Part shown: piece by piece, positions 27,709 through 37,967 of the stretch
How the letters are laid out: each line of letters opens with the position of its first letter
How positions within the stretch are numbered: the first letter of the stretch is position 1
DNA from: Bacillota bacterium
GTDB taxonomy: Bacteria > Bacillota_I > Bacilli_A > Izemoplasmatales > Hujiaoplasmataceae
Length of the DNA stretch: 64,000 bases
Direction: 5' to 3'
Assembly (NCBI GenBank): GCA_018816905.1
Contig: JAHIVB010000013.1
Coordinates: forward strand, 108,880-172,879
Position numbers and translations under genes: made by a program
The notes under the pieces: model-generated
The model's input: the letters and a program-made list of their open reading frames with translations, nothing else
Database searches by the model: none
What the model was told of the DNA's origin: nothing

Positions 27709-29104
27709 TTTTCCAAGCCCTTTCGAATCGTTTTACAATCTCTTTGAATTCTTCGATTTTTACACTTCCATATCCAATTACGAATGTGGTTACAGGACGA
27801 TCTTCAGAAACAAATCTGAATTCTTCCATTCCATAGATTTTCAAATCTTGCTTTTTTGCATAATCAATCATTTGCAATTCATCGGTTTCATCTAGAAAAC
27901 TGAGGGTAAAATGCAGACCCGCTTCTTCGCCTTCGATTTTGATGACGGATCCGAATGCGGATCTTTTCAGGAGTTCGATGAACAAATCCCGTTTTTCCTT
28001 GTATATGAGTTTCATTCGATTCAAATGTCTTTCAAACCCTTTGGATTTCAAAAACAATGAAAGGGCGACTTGATCGTGGATTGGAACTGGGTTAGCATAA
28101 AAAGAATACCGATCCAAAAGTATCGTTGCGAGTGGTTTGGGTAAAACCATATAGCTGATTCTTAAAGTTGGAGACAAACTTTTGGAAAAACTGTTAAGAT
28201 AAATGACTTTATCAAACGAATCAAGACCCTTGAGTGCTGGAATTGGATTCCCTGAAAATCTGAATTCACTGTCATAATCATCTTCTATGATATATCTTGT
28301 TTTGGATTCGTTCGCCCAACTCAAAAGTTCCATTCTCCTTTTGATTGGCATTACAATTCCTGTCGGAAATTGATGACTTGGAGAGATATGCAGAATATTG
28401 CTCGTTGTTTTATTGATTTCTTCGATATCCATCCCTGATTCATCCAACGAGATGAAATCAAGTTTTACGCCAAAAGCCTCATATAGTTTCTTGCTTTTGG
28501 GATAGCCCGGAGTCTCAATTGCGTATCTTTGGTTCTTACCTAGTAAAAACAAAATCATCTGAATCATATGCTCACTTCCTGAACATATGAGTATTTGATC
28601 TATATTTGTTTTGATTCCTCGATAAGCTAGTAGATAAGTTTGAATCTCTTCTCTCAATTCTTTGAATCCAAGTAGTTCAGAATCGTTAATTCGTTGATTA
28701 AAGCCATCTAGATAAGAATCACGATTGAATTTAGCCATTAATTCATAAGGAAAAGACAGTTCGTCGACTTTGCTTGTTTTCAAATCGTAGTGGTACGTTT
28801 TTACTTTCGCTTTTATGGTTTGGTTTTCCATTTCTTCAGTTCTCTGAGGGATGGTTAGTTTTGTAAATGGCTCAACAAAATATCCGGATTTTTCAACACT
28901 TCGAATATATCCTTCCGCTTTTAATTGAGCATAAGCTGTTTCAACTGTAATTTGAGATATTTCAAGATGATGAGCTAATCGTCTTTTCGAAGGTAGTTTT
29001 TCATTCGCAATCAATTTATTATCCTGAATCATATCCTTGATTTGCGTGTATAGTTGCTCATATTTTGGAATTCCTGACTCTATATCAAAAAAGATTGTAA
29101 TCAT
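27686..29104 (-). CDS. pdxR: MocR/GabR-type PLP-dependent transcriptional regulator, probable PdxR
   Basis: N-terminal GntR wHTH (PSKRRLAHHLEISQITVETAY) fused to an aminotransferase-fold domain. It is transcribed divergently from pdxST. Confidence 0.75.
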   Translation of the reverse strand: MITIFFDIESGIPKYEQLYTQIKDMIQDNKLIANEKLPSKRRLAHHLEISQITVETAYAQLKAEGYIRSVEKSGYFVEPFTKLTIPQRTEEMENQTIKAKVKTYHYDLKTSKVDELSFPYELMAKFNRDSYLDGFNQRINDSELLGFKELREEIQTYLLAYRGIKTNIDQILICSGSEHMIQMILFLLGKNQRYAIETPGYPKSKKLYEAFGVKLDFISLDESGMDIEEINKTTSNILHISPSHQFPTGIVMPIKRRMELLSWANESKTRYIIEDDYDSEFRFSGNPIPALKGLDSFDKVIYLNSFSKSLSPTLRISYMVLPKPLATILLDRYSFYANPVPIHDQVALSLFLKSKGFERHLNRMKLIYKEKRDLFIELLKRSAFGSVIKIEGEEAGLHFTLSFLDETDELQMIDYAKKQDLKIYGMEEFRFVSEDRPVTTFVIGYGSVKIEEFKEIVKRFERAWKNARNKIN

Positions 29105-29217
29105 CGTATCACCATCTGACCTTATGTATTTTTACTAATCTGATTATTTAATTAATACCAGAATCAGTTATAATATATATTGGAAATCAGTATTTGTCAA
29201 TATAAAGGAGAAAACAG

Positions 29218-30093
29218 ATGGATAAAACAAGATATGAACTCAATAAAGAGTTAGCACAAATGTTAAAAGGTGGCGTTATTATGGACGTTACCAATGCAGA
29301 ACAAGCGAAAATCGCTGAAGCTGCAGGGGCTTGTGCCGTTATGGCATTGGAAAGGATTCCTGCAGACATACGTAAAGTAGGCGGAGTTTCAAGAATGAGT
29401 GATCCAAGACTCATTAAAGAAATTCAAGCTGCCGTAACAATTCCCGTGATGGCTAAAGTCAGAATCGGACATTTTGTCGAAGCAGAGATTCTAGAAGCAC
29501 TTGAAATTGATTATATCGACGAATCTGAGGTCTTATCTCCTGCAGATGATATCTACCATATCGATAAGGCGAACTTCAAAGTTCCTTTTGTATGTGGAGC
29601 TAAAAACCTAGGAGAAGCTTTGAGAAGAATTGCTGAGGGTGCATCGATGATTCGAACCAAAGGTGAGCCTGGAACCGGAGATATCATTCAAGCAGTCAGA
29701 CATATGAGACTGATTCAATCCGAAATCAGAAGAGTGTCTTCGATGAGGGAAGATGAACTTTACGAAGCCGCAAAACAATTCCAAGTACCTTTAGATTTAT
29801 TAAAACAAGTTCATGAACTAGGAAAACTTCCAGTCGTGAATTTCGCAGCCGGAGGAGTCGCAACACCTGCCGATGCCGCATTAATGATGAAACTTGGCGC
29901 AGAAGGTGTATTTGTTGGATCTGGAATATTTAAATCTGGAGACCCTGCAAAACGTGCCGCTGCGATTGTACAAGCCGTCACCAATTTCAATGATTCAGCC
30001 TTACTAGCCAAAATTTCTGAAAACCTAGGTGAGGCAATGGTCGGTATCAATGAAGAGGAAATAAACTTATTAATGGCACAACGTGGAGAATAA
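29218..30093 (+). CDS. pdxS: pyridoxal 5'-phosphate synthase lyase subunit PdxS
   Basis: Highly conserved sequence GGVIMDV..EQA.IAE.AGA.AVMALER.PADIR..GGV.RM. 291 aa; RBS AAGGAG. Confidence 0.95.
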   Translation: MDKTRYELNKELAQMLKGGVIMDVTNAEQAKIAEAAGACAVMALERIPADIRKVGGVSRMSDPRLIKEIQAAVTIPVMAKVRIGHFVEAEILEALEIDYIDESEVLSPADDIYHIDKANFKVPFVCGAKNLGEALRRIAEGASMIRTKGEPGTGDIIQAVRHMRLIQSEIRRVSSMREDELYEAAKQFQVPLDLLKQVHELGKLPVVNFAAGGVATPADAALMMKLGAEGVFVGSGIFKSGDPAKRAAAIVQAVTNFNDSALLAKISENLGEAMVGINEEEINLLMAQRGE

Positions 30094-30097
30094 TTTC

Positions 30098-30664
30098 ATG
30101 ACAATCGGTTTACTTGCATTACAAGGCGCATTCATAGAACATGAAAAAGTATTGCAAAGTCTTGGCGTCGACTACTTTGAAATTAGACAATTAAGTGACT
30201 TATCAAAAAAAATGGATGGCTTGATTCTCCCTGGAGGGGAATCCACAGCCATGGGTAAATTACTGAAAGATTTAGAGTTGTTTTCCCCACTTAGAAAAAT
30301 GATTGAAGATGGATTACCCGTTTTCGGGACTTGTGCAGGATTGATACTTCTCGCAAAAACCCTTGAAAATGATTCAAGAATCTTTTTTCAAACGATGGAC
30401 ATAACCGTTAAAAGAAATGCTTTTGGTAGACAACTTGCGAGTTTTATGAAACTTGATTTCTTTGGAGACAAGGAAATCCCAATGATATTCATCCGTGCTC
30501 CCTACATCCATTCCGTCGGAGCGAATGTTCAAGTGTTATCTTCTTTTGACGGTCTGATTCTTGCGGCTAGAGAAAAAAATATGCTCGTAACTGCATACCA
30601 TCCTGAACTGACAAAAGATACGACGGTACATCAATATTTTCTAGAAATGATTAAGAACAGATAA
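30098..30664 (+). CDS. pdxT: pyridoxal 5'-phosphate synthase glutaminase subunit PdxT
   Basis: Start is MTIGLLALQGAF (RBS GGAG 9 nt upstream). Triad region contains GTCAG. Confidence 0.9.
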   Translation: MTIGLLALQGAFIEHEKVLQSLGVDYFEIRQLSDLSKKMDGLILPGGESTAMGKLLKDLELFSPLRKMIEDGLPVFGTCAGLILLAKTLENDSRIFFQTMDITVKRNAFGRQLASFMKLDFFGDKEIPMIFIRAPYIHSVGANVQVLSSFDGLILAAREKNMLVTAYHPELTKDTTVHQYFLEMIKNR

Positions 30665-30675
30665 ACAAAAAAAGA

Positions 30676-30712
30676 CTAAAGCCAATGCTTCAGTCTTTTT
30701 TTCTTTTTTTGA
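30676..30712. terminator. hairpin plus T-runs between convergent pdxT and methyltransferase genes
   Basis: GACTAAAGC-caat-GCTTCAGTC followed by TTTTTTTCTTTTTTT. Confidence 0.5.
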
Positions 30713-31340
30713 AAACAATGATTCTCAAATGATCAGTAAATTCAATTTCTAATCCGAACTTATCGGCAATCCATTCAAAGGTACGTTCTGAGAAAAATAT
30801 CACATGGGTGCGATCTCTGATATACCACCAATCAAAGAATTCTTGATTAGAGGACGGATGAAACAAGGTCATAATCGATATGATTCCATTCTCTTTCAAC
30901 AAGGTAAGCCATTCTTTGAATATCTCCATAGGGTTGGCGATGTGCTCAAGAACTTCCGTACATGAAATCACGTCGTAACAATGTTCAAGGTATTGCTTGT
31001 CTTTTTCAAAATGCTTATCGAATTTTTCAACTTCGAACTGATATCGATGTTTTAATATATGTGATAAAACAGGGGTTGGCCCAGATCCAAATTCAAGAAG
31101 CTTATATCCTCGATGATATGGAAGAATCGCTTTATGAATGAAATCAACGAGATAATCAACATAGTCTTTTTGACCAAGTGAGTTTTGATGTTTTGAATAG
31201 ACATCAAGCTCCGTTTCGTTGGAAGGAAACATCGATTCGTCTTTCACGTAGCAATCACAATTCTGACAATAATGAAACAAGTTATTTGTTTTAGGATGGA
31301 TGAGTTCGGTCGATTCTTCCCCACAGATGATACATTGCAT
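30690..31340 (-). CDS. class I SAM-dependent methyltransferase with N-terminal Cys4 zinc-ribbon
   Basis: Start is MQCIICGEES (RBS AGGAGG 8 nt upstream; the track start at 31376 has no RBS). Features are CxxC...CxxCxC followed by methyltransferase motif I LLEFGSGPT. Confidence 0.7.
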   Translation of the reverse strand: MQCIICGEESTELIHPKTNNLFHYCQNCDCYVKDESMFPSNETELDVYSKHQNSLGQKDYVDYLVDFIHKAILPYHRGYKLLEFGSGPTPVLSHILKHRYQFEVEKFDKHFEKDKQYLEHCYDVISCTEVLEHIANPMEIFKEWLTLLKENGIISIMTLFHPSSNQEFFDWWYIRDRTHVIFFSERTFEWIADKFGLEIEFTDHLRIIVFKKRKKD

Positions 31341-31417
31341 CAACGGTTCCTCCTTTTTTAAAAAATCAAATATCAAAAAAGAATAGGCGTATCACCGATA
31401 CGCCCATTCATCATTTC

Positions 31418-31759
31418 TTAGTCTCTCAGAGGCTTTCCTTCGCCATCTTCGGCAATCGAGCCAGTTAAAATCATGATACCCTCAATGAGAGCCCATATTC
31501 CTGAGATGATGGGTCCAACAATAATGACCCAACCTACCACGGTTAAAAGCAATTGAACCCAAGCTTTGGTAGTGTAACCCAAATAGAAATTATGAATTCC
31601 TAACGATCCAACAAAGATTGCAAGTAAACCAGCAGCCAGTTTGGATTTTAAAGTCATATCTTGGGTATTGACGTTTTTATAATGATTGGTCGGAACTCCG
31701 CAATGAATGCAGATAGCCGCTTTATCGTCGATTTCTTTTCCACAGTTCGAGCAATACAT
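31418..31759 (-). CDS. zinc-ribbon + TM2-domain membrane protein
   Basis: N-terminal CSNCG...CIHCG ribbon followed by two TM helices. Confidence 0.65.
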   Translation of the reverse strand: MYCSNCGKEIDDKAAICIHCGVPTNHYKNVNTQDMTLKSKLAAGLLAIFVGSLGIHNFYLGYTTKAWVQLLLTVVGWVIIVGPIISGIWALIEGIMILTGSIAEDGEGKPLRD

Positions 31760-31784
31760 GATCTAGTCTCCTATTTATTCAAAC

Positions 31785-33239
31785 CTATTTGGTTTGTTTT
31801 TCAACCGTTTTTGAAACGGGTTCTTTTTTTTCTACTTCAATCTCAACATTACTGCTTGGTGCAGAAGTTTTACCTAAATAACTTGGTAAATCCATTCCAG
31901 CCATATTGAATAATTCATTCATCGGAGGAACGCTCTTCATCAATGAAGAAAGAAAATTAGCTGTGGATGTCGTTCCGTCTTTGCTACTTCCGCTATCCCA
32001 AACCGTTACTTTATCAATCTTCAAGTTCTTAATCGCTTCAACTTGAATTTGGACCAATGTCTCAAGTTTATCTGCAATTAACATCTTAATGGCTTCATTT
32101 GGTTCTCCGCCTGCAGCTTCAACCATTTTGAGGAAACCTTCCGCTTGTTTGGAAAGAATCTGGAAGGTACCACGAGCTTCTGCTTCCATCTTTGCATAGA
32201 TGGCATCGGCTTCACCTTGTGCTTTTTCACGGGTTTGTTCTGCGATTGCCTGAGCTTCGATGACCAAACGTTGTTTTTCAATTTGAGTTTTGACGATAAC
32301 GTCAGCTTCTAGCGTTGCTTGTTCTCTTGCGGCACGTGCCAACTCGGCTGCTTGTTCTGCTTTATAAGAATCCTCTAAAGCTTTCGCTTCAGCGATTTTT
32401 TCAGCTGCAGTTGCTCTTCTTAACGATTCAGCTTGAATTTCACGTCTTGTCGCATCAGATTGAGAAATTTTACCTAAAGAATCATTTTCACCGGCAACCG
32501 CTGTTTGGTTTGCGACTGCAACCTGGATTCTTTGGTCTCTCACGGCATTGGCTTCACCAATCGATCCGTCTCTGTTCTTTTCCGCTACCGTTTTCTTCGC
32601 GTCATTGATTGCTTTAGATGCTGCTTCTTTTCCTAAAGCTTGAATATATCCGCTTTCGTCATTGATGTCAGTAACGTTAACGTTGATGAGTCTTAATCCG
32701 ATTTTTTTTAGTTCACTTTCAACGTTTCCAGATACTGCTTCAAGGAATTTGTCTCTATCGGTATTGATCTCTTCAATGTCCATCGTAGCGACGACCAAGC
32801 GAAGTTGACCAAAAATGATGTCTTTTGCTAATTCTTGGATTTCTGTTAATTTGAGTCCAAGTAATCTTTCAGCGGCATTTTGCATGACGCCTGCTTCTGT
32901 AGAAATACCAACTGTAAATCTTGAAGGAACATCAATACGAATGTTCTGTCTTGAAAGAGCACTTGTCAAATCTACACTAATCGAGAGTGGTGTTAAATCA
33001 AGAAATTGATAAGATTGTATAAATGGGTAGATGAATTTTGCTCCACCATGAATACAATTCGCAGATCTTTGTGTTCCGTCTGCATTGTCTTTCACTTTAC
33101 CATAAATGACCAAAATCTTGTCGGATGGACATTTTTTGATTCTGGATACTACAAAAACCAAAAACGTAAATACGATTACAACGATTGTAATAATCAACCC
33201 TAGTGCGGTTGATGGTGTTGCCAGAAATACATTGTTCAT
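31785..33239 (-). CDS. floT: flotillin-like SPFH/band-7 protein
   Basis: N-terminal TM segment, an SPFH domain, then a long Ala/Glu-rich coiled-coil (EAKALEDSYKAEQAAELARAAREQATLEA). 484 aa. Confidence 0.8.
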   Translation of the reverse strand: MNNVFLATPSTALGLIITIVVIVFTFLVFVVSRIKKCPSDKILVIYGKVKDNADGTQRSANCIHGGAKFIYPFIQSYQFLDLTPLSISVDLTSALSRQNIRIDVPSRFTVGISTEAGVMQNAAERLLGLKLTEIQELAKDIIFGQLRLVVATMDIEEINTDRDKFLEAVSGNVESELKKIGLRLINVNVTDINDESGYIQALGKEAASKAINDAKKTVAEKNRDGSIGEANAVRDQRIQVAVANQTAVAGENDSLGKISQSDATRREIQAESLRRATAAEKIAEAKALEDSYKAEQAAELARAAREQATLEADVIVKTQIEKQRLVIEAQAIAEQTREKAQGEADAIYAKMEAEARGTFQILSKQAEGFLKMVEAAGGEPNEAIKMLIADKLETLVQIQVEAIKNLKIDKVTVWDSGSSKDGTTSTANFLSSLMKSVPPMNELFNMAGMDLPSYLGKTSAPSSNVEIEVEKKEPVSKTVEKQTK

Positions 33240-33356
33240 AGTTGTTCTCCTTTATAGTTAATTTAATGAATTACTGAATAATTGATATTATAAGATAAAA
33301 ATGTGTTTGTTTCGTTAAGAAAGTGATTACAAGTATTAAAATGTAAAACTATATCC

Positions 33357-33992
33357 TTACGAATCTTTCTTGACAATTAAAGTTGTTTCGTCTTTTAGAC
33401 CAGTCACAATGACTGAAGTCCCAGGTTTCAAATCGGATTCATCATTTGTCATAGCATCCACTTCAACAAAACGTTCTTGAAGTGTCAAATTGATTTTCCC
33501 TTTTCCAGCAAAATTAGCTGGTATTTTGATGTAAACGGAGCCTTTTTTTCCAATCGCGTTGACATATTGAACATTCCCGACACTTTCCAGTCTCATTGCC
33601 TGTTTAAATGCTAAAGCAAGTAGAAAACTTGCGGTTGCACCTGAAAGAATACCAACAAAAATCGACCAAAAGATGCCTGCGCTTGTATTCATCAATAAAG
33701 CAACCCATCCACCAACACTTAGAAATGCGAGGATTCCTCGAAGCGTAAGTAACCTTAATCCTGAAAAAGCAGACAAAGGTTCGTCATTAAAGAGGTCGCC
33801 TTGACCACTAGCATCTAAATCATCACCACTGAGGTCATGATCAAAACTGGAGACATCGGCACCATCAAATTCTTCTCCATGAATTCCGAAAAGCATCAAA
33901 ATCAAAAAGATAATCATAATGATTGTCGCCGTTGAGGCGATAATAAACATCACTTGCTGGAAAGCAGTATAACTTCCCCACCATTCTGCCAT
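33357..33992 (-). CDS. NfeD-like membrane protein (flotillin-associated)
   Basis: Start is MAEWWG (RBS AGGAGG 7 nt upstream). It has multiple TM helices and a C-terminal beta-rich soluble domain, and is positioned as in yuaF-floT-type operons. Confidence 0.55.
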   Translation of the reverse strand: MAEWWGSYTAFQQVMFIIASTATIIMIIFLILMLFGIHGEEFDGADVSSFDHDLSGDDLDASGQGDLFNDEPLSAFSGLRLLTLRGILAFLSVGGWVALLMNTSAGIFWSIFVGILSGATASFLLALAFKQAMRLESVGNVQYVNAIGKKGSVYIKIPANFAGKGKINLTLQERFVEVDAMTNDESDLKPGTSVIVTGLKDETTLIVKKDS

Positions 33993-34109
33993 ATAGTTTC
34001 CTCCTTGTACATATAACTTTATTGTATCATTTTTTTCATAAAATACAATCATATTTTCAATGAATTCATTATAGAAAAACGAGAAGGATTCTCCCTCTCG
34101 TTACAATAA

Positions 34110-34622
34110 TTAAAATAAATTGAGATCAAGTTTCTCCAAAAATACTTTCAACACTTCGTCAAGAGAATAATCAATCGCAGATATTTTTTTCATGGACGTT
34201 GCCCGCTCGGTTTGAAAAACGACCTGATTGACATTCAAACCGATTCCTAATATGAGTGACGTTCTTCTCTCCATCTCATATTTCGTTTCAATCAGCATTC
34301 CAGCGATTTTATCTTTTCCAACCAAAATATCGTTTGGTAGTTTAAATGAAGCCTCAATTTCAAAATGATGAAGTGTTTCGATTAAGGACAAAACAGCGAT
34401 ATGACTAATCGTCTGAGAAGGAATCTCCTCTTTGAACAATATAGAGAACAATAGATTTTTTCCTGTATCAGATTCCCAGGTCCTTTCATACTGTCCTCTT
34501 CCTTTTCTTTGATGTTTTGCGACGACAACCGCATGATTTTCTAATTCATCGAGATGATCCCTTGCAAAATCATTGGTCGAATCAAGTTCATCAAATTGAA
34601 TCAGACTTTTAAAGGCATTCAT
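34110..34622 (-). CDS. birA: biotin--[acetyl-CoA-carboxylase] ligase, catalytic domain only (group I, short)
   Basis: The KHQRKGRGQYERTWES motif (GRGRxGRxW-type) is present. At only 170 aa it has no DNA-binding domain, and the C-terminal cap seems absent. Confidence 0.75.
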   Translation of the reverse strand: MNAFKSLIQFDELDSTNDFARDHLDELENHAVVVAKHQRKGRGQYERTWESDTGKNLLFSILFKEEIPSQTISHIAVLSLIETLHHFEIEASFKLPNDILVGKDKIAGMLIETKYEMERRTSLILGIGLNVNQVVFQTERATSMKKISAIDYSLDEVLKVFLEKLDLNLF

Positions 34623-34623
34623 T

Positions 34624-35049
34624 TTATGAATTTAGAACGAAAGAGAATTCTGCTTCACAAGCGGTTTCGTTTCCAACATAGGCTATCCCTTTTCCAATTC
34701 CAAATTTAGCTTTGAATTTAGTGATTTCAACTTCGATTCTCAGTACGTCCCCCGGAATGACTTTTCGTCTGAATTTCGCATAATTAACACCAGCGAAATA
34801 GACGATTTTCCCTGCGTATTCTTCTTTGGATAACAATGTAACTGCGCCAACTTGGGCGATGGCTTCAATGATTAACACACCGGGCATCACATGTTCTTGC
34901 GGAAAATGGCCTTGAAAGAATGGTTCATTGACAGTGACACACTTTTCGCCTGTCGCACTTACACCTGGATTGATTTCCAATATTTTGTCAATCATCAAAA
35001 ATGGATAACGATGGGGAATAATCTCTTGAATTTGATTACTTGTCAACAT
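34624..35049 (-). CDS. fabZ: 3-hydroxyacyl-ACP dehydratase FabZ
   Basis: Hotdog-fold sequence PHRYPFLMIDKI...HFP..HVMPGVL. Start moved to MLTSNQ (RBS GGGAGGG). Confidence 0.9.
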   Translation of the reverse strand: MLTSNQIQEIIPHRYPFLMIDKILEINPGVSATGEKCVTVNEPFFQGHFPQEHVMPGVLIIEAIAQVGAVTLLSKEEYAGKIVYFAGVNYAKFRRKVIPGDVLRIEVEITKFKAKFGIGKGIAYVGNETACEAEFSFVLNS

Positions 35050-35050
35050 T

Positions 35051-36292
35051 TTACTTTCCCTCCCATTTTTTAAATATAATCGACGCGTTTTGACCGCCAA
35101 ATCCTAGTCCATTCGACATCGCATAACGAACCACTCTTTTGACTGCGTGATTCGGTGTATAATTCAAATCGCATTCTGGATCCTTTTCCACGTAATTGAT
35201 GGTTGGTGGAATGATATCTTCTTCAACTGCTTTCACAGTAATCACTGCTTCAATTCCACCGACAGCTCCTAAGGAATGAGCATGCATTGATTTCGTTGCG
35301 CCGATATTAATTTGATAAGCATAGTCACCAAAACATTTTTTGATTCCCAATGTTTCCAATTTGTCATTATAGAAGGTTGAAGTTCCATGAGGATTGATGT
35401 AATCGATCCAAGTCGGGTCCACATTTCCGTCATCTAGTGCATTTTCCATACACTTTGTAATTCCTTCCGCCGTTTCATCCGGTTGAGTGATGTGATAGGC
35501 ATCGCAAGTCGTTGAGTATCCGACGATTTCTGCATATATTTTTGCGTTTCTTTTTAATGCGTGCTCTAGTTCTTCCAGTATCAATACACCTGCGCCTTCA
35601 CCCATAACAAACCCTGATCTTCTCGCATCGAAGGGAATAGAGGCTTCATTTACATTATTAGAAAAATTCAATGCTTTCATGCTAGTAAATCCCGCGACAC
35701 CCAATTCGTTCAGTGGTGCTTCCGCTCCCCCTGAAAAAGCAATATCCGTATATCCATCTCTGATGTAACGGAAGGCTTCTCCAATTGAATTGGTTGCGGA
35801 GGAACAAGCTGTCACTACCGGAAGCGCAGGTCCTTTTGCTTGAAAACGGATGGCAATGTTTCCACCTACCAAATTAATAATCGCATTGGGAATAAAGAAA
35901 GGAGAGACTCTATCCGGTCCTTTTTCATGGCATTTCCTCGCTTCTTCATTAATGGTCCATAATCCACCGATACCGCTTGATACAAAGGTTCCAAAACGGT
36001 CATGATCGATCTTTTCCAAGTCCAATTTAGAATCATTGAAGGCCTGAATGGCTGCGACAAGACCTAATGCAATGGTTCTGTCCAATCTTTTTGCTTCTCT
36101 CGGTTCCAAATACTCCAAGAAGTCTATATTTTTGACTTCTGCGGCGATTTGTACCTTCATATGTGATGCGTCAAATAGTGTGATAGGCGCAATTCCATTC
36201 ACACCGGCAATAATGTTTTTCCAAGTTGTTTCGACATCGTTTCCTACTGGAGATACGACACCCATTCCTGTGACTACGACTCTTCTTTTCAT
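35051..36292 (-). CDS. fabF: 3-oxoacyl-ACP synthase II FabF
   Basis: KAS II, 413 aa. Active-site C (ACSSATNS) and the HGTST motif are present. Confidence 0.9.
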   Translation of the reverse strand: MKRRVVVTGMGVVSPVGNDVETTWKNIIAGVNGIAPITLFDASHMKVQIAAEVKNIDFLEYLEPREAKRLDRTIALGLVAAIQAFNDSKLDLEKIDHDRFGTFVSSGIGGLWTINEEARKCHEKGPDRVSPFFIPNAIINLVGGNIAIRFQAKGPALPVVTACSSATNSIGEAFRYIRDGYTDIAFSGGAEAPLNELGVAGFTSMKALNFSNNVNEASIPFDARRSGFVMGEGAGVLILEELEHALKRNAKIYAEIVGYSTTCDAYHITQPDETAEGITKCMENALDDGNVDPTWIDYINPHGTSTFYNDKLETLGIKKCFGDYAYQINIGATKSMHAHSLGAVGGIEAVITVKAVEEDIIPPTINYVEKDPECDLNYTPNHAVKRVVRYAMSNGLGFGGQNASIIFKKWEGK

Positions 36293-36294
36293 GT

Positions 36295-37041
36295 TTACCC
36301 CATAACCAATCCGCCATCGACACGGATGACTTGTCCTGTAATATATTTTGAATAATCTGAAACCAAGAATAAAACGGTTGAAGCAATGTCTTTCACTTCT
36401 CCAAGTCTTGAAAGCGGGATGTTTTCAAGGTATTTAGAGACAACCTCTTCAGGAAGTTTTCCTGTCATTGCAGTTTCAATGAATCCTGGGGCAATGGCAT
36501 TGACATTGATGTTTCTTTTCGCGAGTTCTTTCGCTAGTGACATGGTTAAGCCCACCAAACCAGCTTTCGATGCAGAATAGTTCGTTTGACCAGCATTTCC
36601 AACGAGACCCGATACGGAGGTAATGTTGACAATTTTACCAGAGCGTTGTTTTGTCATATATCGACTGACAAGTTTTGACATGTTCCAAGCACCTTTTAAA
36701 TTCGTCTCAATGACCTGATCAAAATCATCTTCTGTCATTCTCATGATGAGATTGTCTTTCGTAATCCCTGCATTATTCACCAAAATATCAACGTGGCCGA
36801 AATGCGAAATGGCAGCTTCTACCAAAGAGTTACATTGTTCCAAAGAACCAATATTTGCTTGAACAATCAAACATTCATTTCCTAATTCTTTAATTTCATC
36901 TTGTAAGGAAACCGCCAAATTCTCGCTTGAATTGTAATTTACTACGACTTTTGCGCCATGCTCAGACAAGGCAAGACTAATCGCTCTTCCAATTCCATTT
37001 GCGCCACCTGTGACAATCGCTACTTTTCCTTCTAAATTCAT
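36295..37041 (-). CDS. fabG: 3-oxoacyl-ACP reductase FabG
   Basis: SDR with TGGANGIG and YSASKAG motifs. Confidence 0.9.
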   Translation of the reverse strand: MNLEGKVAIVTGGANGIGRAISLALSEHGAKVVVNYNSSENLAVSLQDEIKELGNECLIVQANIGSLEQCNSLVEAAISHFGHVDILVNNAGITKDNLIMRMTEDDFDQVIETNLKGAWNMSKLVSRYMTKQRSGKIVNITSVSGLVGNAGQTNYSASKAGLVGLTMSLAKELAKRNINVNAIAPGFIETAMTGKLPEEVVSKYLENIPLSRLGEVKDIASTVLFLVSDYSKYITGQVIRVDGGLVMG

Positions 37042-37967
37042 AAAATTCCCTCCAATTTGTACAAATCTTCGTATTCATTAATTGAAATCGTTTGGACATC
37101 AGGATTGATTTTTTTAACGAGACCCGTCAATACTTTTCCTGGTCCGATTTCTATAAACAAATCAATCCCTGAGTCAATTAAGAACCGGATTGATTCTTCA
37201 AAATGGACCGGAGATTCCATCTGCTCTCTGATGTTTTCAATTGCGGATGCATCTTCCAAATAGGTTGCCTTCGCATTTGAAACAATTGGAATCTTAGGCA
37301 TTTTGTGTTTCATTGTTCTAAAATATTCCCTCATTCTAATTGCGGCTTCATGCATAAACGGTGTATGAAAAGCCCCACTAACATTTAGTCTTACAAACCG
37401 CTTTGCGCCAGTTTGAGAATAATGATTTTCTAAGTAATCAATGGCTTCTACACTTCCGGATAGCACTTTTTGAACTGGAGAATTGTAATTTGCAATTTGA
37501 AGATAGCCAATCTTTTCAGTCACTTCTTTTGTGAACTTCTCAATGTCAGGAAGTTCACCACCAACAATTGCAGCCATGCCTCCTGGATGAGCAATCGTAG
37601 CTTCTTCCATCCATTTTGATCTTGCATCGATTAACTTAAGCATATTTTCAAAGCAAATCATTCCGCTTGCATACATCGCAGTATACTCGCCCAAACTAAA
37701 ACCAATCAAGGCAGATGGAAGAATTCCAACTTTATTTCGAAAGGCTTCATAGATAGCTGCAGACGTGACAAAAATGGCCTTTTGGGCATATTCTGTCCGA
37801 TTCATAAGGTCATTTTCTTCAAAGCATAATTGTTTCATGTCACTACCAAGGTTTTTAGTTGCCTTTAAATAAATTTGATTGGAATCTAGATCGTTATCAG
37901 CAAAAGACTGACCCATTCCAACAAATTGTGCTCCCTGTCCGGGAAACATTAATGCGTATTTTTTCAT
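37038..37967 (-). CDS. fabD: malonyl-CoA:ACP transacylase FabD
   Basis: Nucleophile motif GFSLGEY; 309 aa. Confidence 0.9.
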   Translation of the reverse strand: MKKYALMFPGQGAQFVGMGQSFADNDLDSNQIYLKATKNLGSDMKQLCFEENDLMNRTEYAQKAIFVTSAAIYEAFRNKVGILPSALIGFSLGEYTAMYASGMICFENMLKLIDARSKWMEEATIAHPGGMAAIVGGELPDIEKFTKEVTEKIGYLQIANYNSPVQKVLSGSVEAIDYLENHYSQTGAKRFVRLNVSGAFHTPFMHEAAIRMREYFRTMKHKMPKIPIVSNAKATYLEDASAIENIREQMESPVHFEESIRFLIDSGIDLFIEIGPGKVLTGLVKKINPDVQTISINEYEDLYKLEGIL

